Made by a program: the position numbers and the translations under genes. From an uncultured virus (IMG/VR IMGVR_UViG_3300042346_000126) (Duplodnaviria; Heunggongvirae; Uroviricota; Caudoviricetes): a stretch of 20,000 bases of DNA. Every line of letters begins with the position of its first letter. The first letter of the stretch is position 1. This document shows positions 1 through 8,778 of the stretch, in pieces. The notes beneath the pieces are model-generated. The model saw nothing but the letters and a program-made list of their open reading frames with translations, did not search any database and was not told the origin of the DNA. Location: IMG/VR virus record IMGVR_UViG_3300042346_000126; one strand, written 5' to 3'.

Positions 1-390
1 CATGATGGACACGGGACAGACGATAAGCACCCGCTTGATCTCGCCTTGCAGCATGAGGTAATCCGCAGCCCATGCCGCTGCACTGGTCTTGCCCGTCCCC
101 GCCTCAGAGAGCACAAGGCACCGTGGGTGGGTAGCGAGGAACGCTGCGGTAGTACGTTGATGGTCGAATGGGGTATACACCCCGGGCCACTTGTACCTGC
201 CCGTTATGGGGTGCGGTACGTTTTTGATCTGCAGGTTGCGCAGAAGCTTCGCCTCTACATGGCCCCAGTTAACGAGGATTTTGGCTTGGTCGCCGTTGCG
301 GGCGAGCACCTTGCTTTTCGGAATCAATGCAGTGATCTGGTCTGCCTTGCGGGTCACAAACTGTAGCGCCCGATTGTCTATTATCTGCAC
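1..390 (-). CDS. SNF2/HepA-like superfamily II helicase, N-terminal part (runs off the left edge)
   Basis: Not in the ORF track. Manual translation from GTG at 390 (AGGA RBS upstream) gives MQIIDNRALQFV...YTPFDHQRTTAAFL...LVLSEAGTGKTSAAAWAADYL...RVLIVCPVSIM, with Q-motif, Walker A (GTGKT) and motif Ia (LIVCP). Confidence 0.9.
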   Translation of the reverse strand, partial: MQIIDNRALQFVTRKADQITALIPKSKVLARNGDQAKILVNWGHVEAKLLRNLQIKNVPHPITGRYKWPGVYTPFDHQRTTAAFLATHPRCLVLSEAGTGKTSAAAWAADYLMLQGEIKRVLIVCPVSIM

Positions 391-410
391 GGGAAATCCT
401 TTCACGGACG

Positions 411-440
411 AAAAAAGCACGGTAGGGTGAACTACCGTGC
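411..440 (-). terminator. Intrinsic terminator-like hairpin just upstream of the helicase start
   Basis: Minus strand GCACGGTAG-ttcacc-CTACCGTGC followed by TTTTTT. Confidence 0.7.
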
Positions 441-494
441 AAAAACCAACACTCAGGAGAGACGCCAAATGACAAGCGTCTCCGGGATACTACT

Positions 495-767
495 CTACTT
501 AGCGGCTTCCCGCTTGCTTGTTTGCGACTTCAGCGTCCCGGTCTTGGTGCGGGAGAAGCTTCGGTTGTTCTTTGCGGGTACGGCTCTAAGGTTACTTAGG
601 CTCGTAGCGCCCCCTTTGGACATAGCCTTCTTATGGTCTACGTCTACGTTATCTGGCAGGGTGCCATGAGCCTTTTCGTAGATGCGACGCGCCCTATGCC
701 GCTCTGCTTGAGCCTTAAGCTGCTTTGGCGTGCCTTGATAATTTTTATACTCGCTATTTATAATCAC
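495..767 (-). CDS. Small HNH endonuclease-like protein
   Basis: DVDHKKAMSKGG...SNLRAVPAKNNRS HNH-type motif; GTGA overlap with the upstream gene. Confidence 0.8.
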   Translation of the reverse strand: MIINSEYKNYQGTPKQLKAQAERHRARRIYEKAHGTLPDNVDVDHKKAMSKGGATSLSNLRAVPAKNNRSFSRTKTGTLKSQTSKREAAK

Positions 768-1444
768 GCGGTTTCGCCATGATCGTTCTCCTTTTCTCCT
801 TGCACATCGAACAAGGTACGTGGTTTGGTAGTCATAGGTTCCGGTCTAATTCTACGTTCCTGCGGGGGCGTACCCCATTTATCTTTAGGCCACCCCGCAG
901 CTATGCGGTGGGTAAGGGTCGAATACTTTATGCCTAAAGCGATTGCCAATTCTGGATACGTTTTACCGTCCACAAGGGGTACGTTACGTCGATTCTTTGA
1001 CTGAGCAGATCGCAGTATCCAGCGACAGTTAGCGGGTTCGTAAGAGCCCTCCGAAGAAATCCTATCTATAGACCCTAGCGCCCCATATGGGGAGGGCCCC
1101 ATCGAACTATAAAACCCTTCAAAGGTATCCCATGCAGCGCATACGTATATGCCACGCCCCCCATACAGCGCATAGTGTGGGTGCTTGGTATACAGGCAAC
1201 GTTTTCGCATAGCAGTCCAAACCCTAAATTCAAAGCTATGGGTAAGGCCATGGGTAATCGAGGCTAGATAGGGCCTGCAGGCCATACACCCAGACTTTGC
1301 CGCTACCAAAACAGATTTACGAACCGTTGCGGCACTGCCACAAGAACAATTGCATACGTAATACTGTTCGTTCCCTCGCTTATCCGCTACGGACAATACT
1401 TTCCACTTGCCGTATACACGTCCGATTACTATTTGTGTTCGCAT
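764..1444 (-). CDS. Free-standing phage HNH-type (homing) endonuclease
   Basis: CNCSCG and CMAC Cys motifs; THGLTH...WTAMRKRC...YGGRGIYVC...SIDRISSEGSYEPANCRW typical of phage HNH homing endonucleases. Start placed at ATG 1444 (GGAGG upstream). Confidence 0.8.
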   Translation of the reverse strand: MRTQIVIGRVYGKWKVLSVADKRGNEQYYVCNCSCGSAATVRKSVLVAAKSGCMACRPYLASITHGLTHSFEFRVWTAMRKRCLYTKHPHYALYGGRGIYVCAAWDTFEGFYSSMGPSPYGALGSIDRISSEGSYEPANCRWILRSAQSKNRRNVPLVDGKTYPELAIALGIKYSTLTHRIAAGWPKDKWGTPPQERRIRPEPMTTKPRTLFDVQGEKENDHGETA

Positions 1445-2091
1445 GCGTCCTCCGATAAAGGGCAAAACTTACAAAGTCCTGAGGGGCGAGCGTTCCATAC
1501 CCCTGCTTCTAAGGCAGCCTCAATCATACTTGCATGGCCTGCCCACTTGGAGAAAATTTCAGGTAGCTGAGCGCGTGTGTACTCTGCTTTGACTGCATCC
1601 TTGGCAACCACGAATAGAAGGACACCCTTAACGGTGTTGATCTTTGGGTAGTGTGCCATGACCATAGCGGCCATAAGCTCTAGCTGATCTGTATCTGCAT
1701 AGCGACTGGACTTGCCAGTCTTGTAATCTACGACTCGCGCAATGCCTTTGTCGTGGTTAAGTGCGAGATAGTCGGGCAACCCGCGGAACCATACATCCGG
1801 GGCAAAAAATTCGCATGGTGTGAAGTCTTTACGAATCCCGAGTTTGAGTTCGCATTTGATCTCTCCGGGGATTTTGGTGAGAGGTTCCACGAAAGGCAGG
1901 TAGTGTTGAAAAGCTTCTGGTAGTGGGGTGCCGTCTTTGACATAATTCTCGAATGCAGTATGCACCGCCGTTCCGTAAAGGGTAGCTGTGGTGTCGCCTT
2001 GTTTGTATTGCTTCAGAATACGAACCACATGGTACTTGCGAGCGCAATTTTGGAAATCCTTGATCGCGCTATAGGAAAATGCGAGTGCCAT
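1429..2091 (-). CDS. PD-(D/E)XK nuclease, Cas4/RecB-like phage exonuclease
   Basis: SYSAIKDFQNC...GTAVH...E...PDY...VDYKTGKS...QLELMA, plus C-terminal CKFCP...C (1+3 Cys arrangement as in Cas4/AddB-type Fe-S nucleases). Confidence 0.88.
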   Translation of the reverse strand: MALAFSYSAIKDFQNCARKYHVVRILKQYKQGDTTATLYGTAVHTAFENYVKDGTPLPEAFQHYLPFVEPLTKIPGEIKCELKLGIRKDFTPCEFFAPDVWFRGLPDYLALNHDKGIARVVDYKTGKSSRYADTDQLELMAAMVMAHYPKINTVKGVLLFVVAKDAVKAEYTRAQLPEIFSKWAGHASMIEAALEAGVWNARPSGLCKFCPLSEDACEHK

Positions 2092-2132
2092 GTGTGTTCT
2101 TTATTCAGTTGATTGGGACTGTATTTTAACAG

Positions 2133-3968
2133 TCAGCAGTCGCCCAGTGTGTAGCCAAACCCACCTTCAGCACCCAGCGGTAGCTCTTGTGCCCAGCTTG
2201 GCGGCGTACATAATGCGTCAATTGAAAACTGCAGCGCCGCTGCGCCGTCCGCTTCTAGTGCAACGAAATACTCCGCGTCATGAATCGTCAAGGCAACCGG
2301 ATACTTCTTGGCTGTGCGCAACATCCCGTCCCCCATCACGCACCTAGCCAACGCTTGTGTGAGGCCTTGAAATACCTTGGCACCATACAGCTTCTCCGCA
2401 CCTTTGCGTGTGTAGTATTGCCAATGCGCTCGAACAACTTCCCCACCCTCAGGGGGTGTCTCGGTAACCATGACCTTCTCTAGCCCCGGGTACTTCATGA
2501 ACATACCTGACGGCAGTCTGCACCCAGCCTTACCGTGCACCTTGATCACATCACGAGTACCATAATCCATCAGTTGATCTGCGGCTACGCTTTGTAGGAC
2601 TTTCTCCCCCAGCTTCCACGCTTTTGCTACGAGGTGGTACTCTTGACGATACAGGGCCACAATACGCTGAGCCTCCTCTTCCCCAATGTCTACGCCCGAA
2701 CCCTGTTTGATGGCAGCACGCAGCTTCTTGTGGCCGACACCATAAATAAGCGACAACTGTGATGTCTTGCCAATGAACCGCTGATCCTTTGTAATCTCAT
2801 CGTATGGCGTGTCGAACACCTTGGATGCGAAGTCTTTGTATAAGTCCTTGCCGTCTGCTAGTAGCTCCAACTTATCCAACTGACCAGCGAACCACAAACC
2901 AACACGTAACTCAATATTAGACAAGTCGACACCAACAAGCACATGACCAGCAGGTGCGCGGATAGCGTACTTCAGTTTGGACACCCGTGGAATGTTCTGC
3001 ATATTGTAGACCTCACCCGACCAGCGACCCGTACGAGCACCGTAGTACTTCAGCGGTACCGGGAGCTTACCGCGCTTTGCGGTTGCGATAAACAACTCTG
3101 TGCGTGTTTCCTCCAGCGTAGATTTGGCACCCAGCCTAGCTGCAGCCAGCGCCTGAATCACCGGGTTGGGGTGTTCGGCTAGCGCTTTCATGCCTTCGTC
3201 TGTCTTAGCCAGCGCCCATGTTTCTTTGCCGGTAGTCGGGCTGATCTTGCGCGGCGCTACCACACCCATGCGCTCCAGCAATGCAGCAAACTTAGGGTTT
3301 GACGATAGCTCCTCTTGTGCCACACCAGCGTTGATCAGTAAATTGGTCTTCATGTGCTTTACCTCATGCAGATGGGCTTCCAGTGCGTCCATGTCCAACT
3401 CCAACACCGGCTGAATGAACATACGCAGTGTCATGTCAATGAGTTTTAGCTCCTTCTTGGGGAACCCCTCGCGCATGAAGTTCTGAAAGATAGCCTCGCA
3501 CAACACCACATCATGAGCACAGTACGCAGCTAGCTCCTCCTCAATACGCGGGGATAACTCTGTCAGTCCGTTCGTGTCATATACAGCCTTACCTTTGGGC
3601 GGCAGTCCATAGTGATCGGCCAACCTAGCCAGTGAACCGCCAGCGTCCACACCACGTAGCGCCCGCGCCATCGACAACGTATCGAACAGCACAGCAGGCA
3701 CAGCGCCATATACCCATGCAAGGATCGCATTGTCAAACATGCTGTTGTGCGCAACTGTAGCCGTATTGCCCCAGTCAACCGATGCGGCCCACGCAGGGAT
3801 ATCGTCGTGGGAAATCCACTTGGGCGGCTCTGCGCTATTCAGTTCCTTCACGCACAGGCCAAATGCCTTGAACCGTGGGTCGCGTATGTAGGCTTCTCCT
3901 GACAGCTTACTCAATGTGTAGTTAGTTGAATCCCACACAGTTTCAAAGTCGATAACTAATGTTTTCAT
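2133..3968 (-). CDS. polA: Phage DNA polymerase, family A, with 3'-5' exonuclease domain
   Basis: Exo motifs DFET, HNSMFD, YCAHD; RTGRWS; motif A DLSNIELR; motif B RFIGKTSQLSLIYG; motif C IHDA. Confidence 0.95.
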   Translation of the reverse strand: MKTLVIDFETVWDSTNYTLSKLSGEAYIRDPRFKAFGLCVKELNSAEPPKWISHDDIPAWAASVDWGNTATVAHNSMFDNAILAWVYGAVPAVLFDTLSMARALRGVDAGGSLARLADHYGLPPKGKAVYDTNGLTELSPRIEEELAAYCAHDVVLCEAIFQNFMREGFPKKELKLIDMTLRMFIQPVLELDMDALEAHLHEVKHMKTNLLINAGVAQEELSSNPKFAALLERMGVVAPRKISPTTGKETWALAKTDEGMKALAEHPNPVIQALAAARLGAKSTLEETRTELFIATAKRGKLPVPLKYYGARTGRWSGEVYNMQNIPRVSKLKYAIRAPAGHVLVGVDLSNIELRVGLWFAGQLDKLELLADGKDLYKDFASKVFDTPYDEITKDQRFIGKTSQLSLIYGVGHKKLRAAIKQGSGVDIGEEEAQRIVALYRQEYHLVAKAWKLGEKVLQSVAADQLMDYGTRDVIKVHGKAGCRLPSGMFMKYPGLEKVMVTETPPEGGEVVRAHWQYYTRKGAEKLYGAKVFQGLTQALARCVMGDGMLRTAKKYPVALTIHDAEYFVALEADGAAALQFSIDALCTPPSWAQELPLGAEGGFGYTLGDC

Positions 3969-4258
3969 GCAAGCACCTTGAGAACTGCGCTTAATGCATC
4001 ATAGTTGTCCTCGTTAATCACCATAGCAATACCGCCTGCCTCTTTGATAGCTTGTAGCTCCCGGTCTTGCAGTACCGTAGTCTTGCCCTTGCCTGCCTTG
4101 CACTCAATAGCGAGGAACTTTCCGTTAACGCAGCAGATGATATCGGGGACTCCCGAGCGCCCGTACCCGCCCGTAGCCGGGGGGAAGTGGTATACCTCAT
4201 GCGCATCAAGTATGCGCTTAACCGCTGCTTTTACTGCGGCTTCAGGAGTTTGTGCCAT
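3965..4258 (-). CDS. VRR-NUC domain nuclease (Holliday junction resolvase-like)
   Basis: PEAAVK...GVPDII...FLAIECKA...LQ...I...GG motif pattern; ATGA overlap with polA. Confidence 0.88.
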   Translation of the reverse strand: MAQTPEAAVKAAVKRILDAHEVYHFPPATGGYGRSGVPDIICCVNGKFLAIECKAGKGKTTVLQDRELQAIKEAGGIAMVINEDNYDALSAVLKVLA

Positions 4259-4472
4259 TTGGTATCTCCTTGTACTGTAGTTCTAATATTAGTTGGCAGT
4301 AGTGCAACGCCTTGCGGACATCGGCAGCACCGTTCTTGTTCTTGTGGCGTGTGATGTACTTGACCACGTTGCCTTGCAGGAAGTCCAGTTCATTAGCGTG
4401 AATGAATTCGATGGGTTGAATCTTCATCTTCCGGTAATGGTCGCCGCCTTCTTGAATGTCTAATGCGCTCAT
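4242..4472 (-). CDS. DUF3310 family protein (T7 gp1.7-like putative nucleotide kinase)
   Basis: GGDHY...IQPIEFI...FLQGNVVKYITRHKNKNG..DVRKA.HY signature. Start MSALD at 4472 overlaps the upstream stop (ATGA). Confidence 0.85.
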   Translation of the reverse strand: MSALDIQEGGDHYRKMKIQPIEFIHANELDFLQGNVVKYITRHKNKNGAADVRKALHYCQLILELQYKEIPNGTNS

Positions 4473-4642
4473 TTCCAATCATCTTTCTGTAGTTCGTTAA
4501 CCAGCTTGGCTTCCCTAAGCGCAAGCCGTAATTTGGCGTTCCGCTCCACAACATCTATTAGTTGCTTGTGCAGTGTGTATGCCAGTTTGTTAATTTCTTC
4601 CCGAGTCCACGTTTCAAATGCGGGGGTGTTCTGATCGTGCAT
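4469..4642 (-). CDS. Hypothetical 57-aa coiled-coil protein
   Basis: Manual ORF MHDQNTPAFETWTREEINKLA...KDDWK; GGAG RBS; fills the gap and is coupled to DUF3310. Confidence 0.65.
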   Translation of the reverse strand: MHDQNTPAFETWTREEINKLAYTLHKQLIDVVERNAKLRLALREAKLVNELQKDDWK

Positions 4643-4668
4643 TTACCGTCTCCGTTACAAAGAAAGCG

Positions 4669-5082
4669 CTAATTGTGCCCGCCCGCATACATGCTATACA
4701 GCGCTTTTTGCATTGCCTCCGGGTTAACCCTAGGGTTAACTTCTTCCGCCGCGTCGAGCGCATCACAAATTACACGGGCTTGCAGTGGGTCATAGGTACC
4801 CGCAGTAAGTAGTTGTACGCATGCATCTCGACCCGTCTGCATGGTCCGAATAAGCTCTTCCAGCTTAGTCCCTCGGTCTGTGGTTTCGATGCATGCCGCT
4901 ACGATCATGGGTCCCAGCGTAGCTACGATAGCACCCAGACGTTCCTGATACTCATCCTCAGGAGTCATCATGTACAGTGAAATCTTGGATGTAAGTAAAA
5001 GACTTCTCAACTTCTGCCGTGCAACAGCCCGCGCTATGGGGTTGGTTGCTGTGTCCTTGGTAACCACACGGATGTAAGTCAT
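4669..5082 (-). CDS. Hypothetical protein (137 aa)
   Basis: ORF in operon orientation, ATGA overlap with the upstream gene. Confidence 0.7.
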   Translation of the reverse strand: MTYIRVVTKDTATNPIARAVARQKLRSLLLTSKISLYMMTPEDEYQERLGAIVATLGPMIVAACIETTDRGTKLEELIRTMQTGRDACVQLLTAGTYDPLQARVICDALDAAEEVNPRVNPEAMQKALYSMYAGGHN

Positions 5083-5282
5083 TTTTTTGGGTGCTCAAAA
5101 GTTGGTAGTGGAAACCAGTGCGTGAACCCGTCACCCTTGTGGTGAACTCTGGTGTATGCCACGCCTTGCGCACGCTCTATAAGCTGCATCCGGCAACCGA
5201 TAGGCGTGTTCTTATCAATCGGTATCCACTTCACATCCGGCGCAACCACTGCCGCGCCATCGCTGCTTATCTTGTGAGTCAT
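5079..5282 (-). CDS. Hypothetical phage protein (67 aa; W.PI...P...THW.PLP pattern, DUF551-like)
   Basis: AGGAG RBS, overlapping start/stop junctions, KWIPIDKNTP...FTHWFPLP. Confidence 0.7.
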   Translation of the reverse strand: MTHKISSDGAAVVAPDVKWIPIDKNTPIGCRMQLIERAQGVAYTRVHHKGDGFTHWFPLPTFEHPKK

Positions 5283-5467
5283 GTGTACTCCTTTGGTCGC
5301 CGCACTGACTGCGGTATCGTTTCGTTAGCCGTGACAATCTCTACTGTGTTGTACCGGTGACCACAGGCCGTGCAGAGGTGAACCCGGTAAGTTGTCGCAG
5401 CAGACTTGCGGGACTCGACAATGCGGGTGTCGTCTGTGCTGGTGCAATCGTCGTTTATGCACTGCAT
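5279..5467 (-). CDS. NrdR-like zinc-ribbon protein (62 aa)
   Basis: MQCINDDC...TRIVESR...RVHLCTACGHRYNTVE resembles the N-terminal Zn ribbon of NrdR; GGAGG RBS before ATG 5467. Confidence 0.7.
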   Translation of the reverse strand: MQCINDDCTSTDDTRIVESRKSAATTYRVHLCTACGHRYNTVEIVTANETIPQSVRRPKEYT

Positions 5468-5823
5468 ACCAACCCTCCCCACATACCCGCTTGTTGCCGT
5501 AACTCTGCGTAGGCCCGAGCCTTTGCCTGCACTGCCGCTGCCTTGGCTTCTTTCGCTGCTTTGGCGGCTTCGGCTAACGCACGCTTGCCTCTGGGCTTGC
5601 TTGCTGCGTCGGGCGCATTGCCAAGGGCATAAATGGGTGTGTTGCGACCCGGCCCGTTGCCCGTGAACAGTATCCAATCCATGATGTGGACTTCTCGCTG
5701 TTCGCGCAGGCTTTTAAGCTGTGAGCTAATTGACGGCGGGCTAAGTTCAACGCGTGCGCCAAGTTGCGCTGCTGTCATCGGGCCGTGCCGCGTCAGTGCT
5801 TCCCTGATTGATTGCATGCTCAT
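5455..5823 (-). CDS. Winged-helix HTH DNA-binding protein
   Basis: IREALTRHGPMTAAQLGARVELSPPSISSQLKSL HTH pattern. Confidence 0.7.
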   Translation of the reverse strand: MSMQSIREALTRHGPMTAAQLGARVELSPPSISSQLKSLREQREVHIMDWILFTGNGPGRNTPIYALGNAPDAASKPRGKRALAEAAKAAKEAKAAAVQAKARAYAELRQQAGMWGGLVCSA

Positions 5824-6764
5824 GGCTTTGCTCCTATGCCGTGGTGGGCTTCGATTGCGCGAACAAAGTCAACTACAGTTACTGTATCCAACGCAATTCC
5901 GTAAGACTTATCTGCAAACATTGTTCTAGGCCAGCAGCGCAGAGCATGAATATTTAAAATATCCACCCTATTCAGAGGCTCACGCTTTTCAAGCGCTGCT
6001 ACTTGCTGCGCCTTGTTACCCTCATTGATGAAGGAGACATCAGATTCCAGCATGTCGGCTGCTTCCAAGATTACTTCTTTCGGGCAATATTCGTGATTGA
6101 GTCGAAGGTCTGCAATCAACTCCGCACGCTCACCGGCTGGTGGAGGGGCTGGGTGGGTGAACAGTGGTGTCACTTCGGCGTTGTGGTTTGTGCAGTCATC
6201 TACAAGCTGTCGATCGTCAAGATCGCATACGGCGTATTGATTGTTTGCTTCGGCGACATAGACCATCCACGCCACAGGCTCTACCGCCTGCGCTGGTGGG
6301 GCTGGTGGGGCTGGGTGGGTGTAGAGCTTGGTGCCGACCGGCTGCATTACGTCAAGATAACCAATAGTCACCCCGTTTATGCATTGCACTGTAGCCACAT
6401 GCTCCACCGCCTGCGCTTGCTCGGCTGGTGGGGCTGGGTGGGTGAATAAAGGAATCTCGCTTTCATCGTCTGTTTCGCGCCAATAATCTCCATTGTCCGA
6501 GTCAAAAACAAAATGGAAGTAGCCAAATGGGCGCTGGCATCCGGCCAACGCCTCATGCTCATCGAAGCATTCGGCAGAATGTAGCTTTGGGCTGATACTT
6601 CCACAGTTATGACCCTTGCAAGGCTCCACCTCCTGCGCTTGCTCGGCTTCCAGTGCTTTGCGTAGCTCTGCGATATACACGCTTGTGTGGGGCTGATCTT
6701 TCCAAAGCGGCGAATCCCAGCGGTCTACTACTGCTTGCGCTGCTTGCTGAAGTGGTGTGTTCAT
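5820..6764 (-). CDS. Mosaic multi-module phage protein (Ead/Ea22/DUF551-like style)
   Basis: 314-aa ORF with three AQ(A/E)VE(P/H)...L(F/Y)THPAPP modules. Confidence 0.7.
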   Translation of the reverse strand: MNTPLQQAAQAVVDRWDSPLWKDQPHTSVYIAELRKALEAEQAQEVEPCKGHNCGSISPKLHSAECFDEHEALAGCQRPFGYFHFVFDSDNGDYWRETDDESEIPLFTHPAPPAEQAQAVEHVATVQCINGVTIGYLDVMQPVGTKLYTHPAPPAPPAQAVEPVAWMVYVAEANNQYAVCDLDDRQLVDDCTNHNAEVTPLFTHPAPPPAGERAELIADLRLNHEYCPKEVILEAADMLESDVSFINEGNKAQQVAALEKREPLNRVDILNIHALRCWPRTMFADKSYGIALDTVTVVDFVRAIEAHHGIGAKP

Positions 6765-6964
6765 GATTTCAAGCTCCTGATTTTGTCGGCAATCTGATAG
6801 CCATCGAGTGCATATTTAAACCCGCTTTCAGCGGCCATTGCGGCTTCTTCAAGTGCAGCATCTCGGCAGGCTTGGCCGTAGGCTATCGCCTCATGGTAGT
6901 GAAGGGCGTCAAACCCGCAGGCTTGCTCTAGTGCTTTGTTTCTTGGTAGGGTCGGCAGGCTCAT
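6761..6964 (-). CDS. Hypothetical phage protein (67 aa)
   Basis: MSLPTLP...RDAALEEAA...IADKIRSLK, a pattern common in phage accessory genes; ATGA overlaps on both sides. Confidence 0.65.
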   Translation of the reverse strand: MSLPTLPRNKALEQACGFDALHYHEAIAYGQACRDAALEEAAMAAESGFKYALDGYQIADKIRSLKS

Positions 6965-7113
6965 TGCATCCTCGCTCTCTCGTTGATGCGCCACTTCCAG
7001 TCCCAGTAGGCTAACGCCGGATCGCGTGCTACGCCAAGGCAACCCGCCCCACGGCAAAACCACATTTGGCAACGGTAGAGTGCCGACATTTCTTTGGTTA
7101 TGCGGGGTTTCAT
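6961..7113 (-). CDS. Hypothetical protein (50 aa)
   Basis: MKPRITK...WDWKWR; ATGA overlaps on both sides. Confidence 0.6.
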   Translation of the reverse strand: MKPRITKEMSALYRCQMWFCRGAGCLGVARDPALAYWDWKWRINERARMQ

Positions 7114-7550
7114 TGCACACCCGCCTGACGTAGTGCTGTGATAGCTTTTGATAGAGACTCCATTGCCTTTTGATCGCCATTTCCATACCGATCGCATGTA
7201 GCGTATACGTCTACAGCAGAATCAAGTGCCAGCTTTGCAGCCGCTGCAAGTGCGTCACGCTCTACCGACACACCCGCCTGACTCATTGCCGTATCGACTG
7301 AGGTGTCAACATCTTCACCGTCAGCCCACGCAACCCAATCATCAAGTCCGTCAACATACGTCATCACTGTTGCATCGTTGTGTCTACTGGATCGCAGCCA
7401 GCGATACCGAGATGCGTCGGCTGCGAGGGCGTCACGCTCTTTTTTGAGCGCTTCGATGTGCAGCAGTTGCAGCAACACGCCGCAGCGCAATTGCGCAATG
7501 TCAAGCTTGTCAACATCGGCGCGGGCTTGTTCTATTTCTTGTTCTGTCAT
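7110..7550 (-). CDS. Ead/Ea22-like hypothetical phage protein
   Basis: ERDALAADASRYRWLR motif typical of this group; GGAG RBS. Confidence 0.7.
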   Translation of the reverse strand: MTEQEIEQARADVDKLDIAQLRCGVLLQLLHIEALKKERDALAADASRYRWLRSSRHNDATVMTYVDGLDDWVAWADGEDVDTSVDTAMSQAGVSVERDALAAAAKLALDSAVDVYATCDRYGNGDQKAMESLSKAITALRQAGVQ

Positions 7551-7575
7551 TTAGTTATCTCCATTACTTGTTTAT

Positions 7576-7740
7576 CTACAACTCACCTCGAAGCAGGGCT
7601 TCGGCGTCTTCCCGTGCCCGCTTGGCCTTATACTCTCGGCGCTCTTCTGGGGTGCCGTCTGCAACTTCCGCAAGAACTGCCGTAAGCCAGCAGCCCGCAA
7701 CAACGCCTAGGATAAGCATCACCCAGTAGCCGGGGCTCAT
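7576..7740 (-). CDS. Small putative membrane protein (54 aa)
   Basis: Manual ORF MSPGYWVMLILGVVAGCWLTAVLAEV...RGEL with a hydrophobic N-terminus; ATGA overlap with the upstream gene. Confidence 0.6.
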   Translation of the reverse strand: MSPGYWVMLILGVVAGCWLTAVLAEVADGTPEERREYKAKRAREDAEALLRGEL

Positions 7741-7919
7741 GTCGGGTATCCTTTGGACTTGTACTTGAGGAAGTCCAGTGACCCGGGGCGGGCTGGGATA
7801 ATTTGGTCCCCATCACCCGTTCTATATGTTGTGGCCTTGTAGTTACTCTTTGGCGGAGTCGCCTCGTTAGGGCGTTTGACCCGTGGGGCGTATGCTTCTG
7901 TCGTGGCAGTCTTGGTCAT
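7737..7919 (-). CDS. Hypothetical protein (60 aa)
   Basis: GGAG RBS, ATGA overlaps on both sides. Confidence 0.65.
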   Translation of the reverse strand: MTKTATTEAYAPRVKRPNEATPPKSNYKATTYRTGDGDQIIPARPGSLDFLKYKSKGYPT

Positions 7920-8434
7920 TTCAATACTCCGGGGTATGAGGAATTGAGGAATGCTTCATGTTCATCTAATATTAGTTCGAGGTTAGGTGGCGTCCAGCCC
8001 TCGGGTTTCAGAATTTTGCCATCCTCACGGCGAGTTACCTTGCCAGTAACCGGGTCTACCTTAGCGAAGTTAGAACGAACAACCTCTGCCCACCCCTCCT
8101 CCATAGGCCAGCCAAACGATAACCCTAGCCCGATCAGCACGACGATGGAGTCCAACACGGCATCAAAAGCTTCTACCTCATCACCCGCCTCAAGTGCCGC
8201 GCCAAGTTCGTTTAACTCTTCGCGTACCAGATCAAGGTACAGGTTAGCCTGAGCCGCATTTTCTGTGGCGGTTGTTTGTCCGCAAGCCTGCATAAATGCC
8301 GCTTGGTCTTGGAACACAGACCCTTTATATTGCTGCATATCCAGTCGTTCCGCCAGAGCACTAGCAAGCCCCTGCACATTTTGATTATCTGCCTCGCGGA
8401 TAAGTTCTTCATTTGATAAGTTGTCGTAGATCAT
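7916..8434 (-). CDS. MazG-like / PRA-PH family NTP pyrophosphohydrolase
   Basis: LVREELNEL...EAFDAVLD...WAEVVRSNFAK...REDGKILKPEGW matches the DR2231-type all-alpha NTP-PPase pattern. Confidence 0.85.
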   Translation of the reverse strand: MIYDNLSNEELIREADNQNVQGLASALAERLDMQQYKGSVFQDQAAFMQACGQTTATENAAQANLYLDLVREELNELGAALEAGDEVEAFDAVLDSIVVLIGLGLSFGWPMEEGWAEVVRSNFAKVDPVTGKVTRREDGKILKPEGWTPPNLELILDEHEAFLNSSYPGVLK

Positions 8435-8436
8435 AG

Positions 8437-8778
8437 TTACTCTTTTGTGAAGTCGATAAAGTCAATTAACGTCTGGTTTGCGTCGGTACGAAACCAGACG
8501 ATGCAAGTCGGCGGCGCTACCGGGGGGCGCTGTAACTGCCCCCCAATAGTAGCCAGATTTATGATGGCTGAAAGCCAGTCGGGGCGGTTTTGCAACTCTC
8601 CTTCTAAGTTCTTCTCTTTGCCTGCGTCGCTCCATGTGCGCAGGGTATATAAGCCTCCTCGCTCCTCATAACGGTTCGAGCAGTATCCATCTTCAGGGGG
8701 CATATAAAAAGCCTTTACTTGGTATAGGGCGTCTAGGCGTTTAACTCTGGGCCAGTCAGCAAGCGTCTGCGTCTGCAT
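8437..8778 (-). CDS. Hypothetical protein (113 aa)
   Basis: Start MQTQTL at 8778 after GGGGAG; operon orientation. Confidence 0.65.
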   Translation of the reverse strand: MQTQTLADWPRVKRLDALYQVKAFYMPPEDGYCSNRYEERGGLYTLRTWSDAGKEKNLEGELQNRPDWLSAIINLATIGGQLQRPPVAPPTCIVWFRTDANQTLIDFIDFTKE

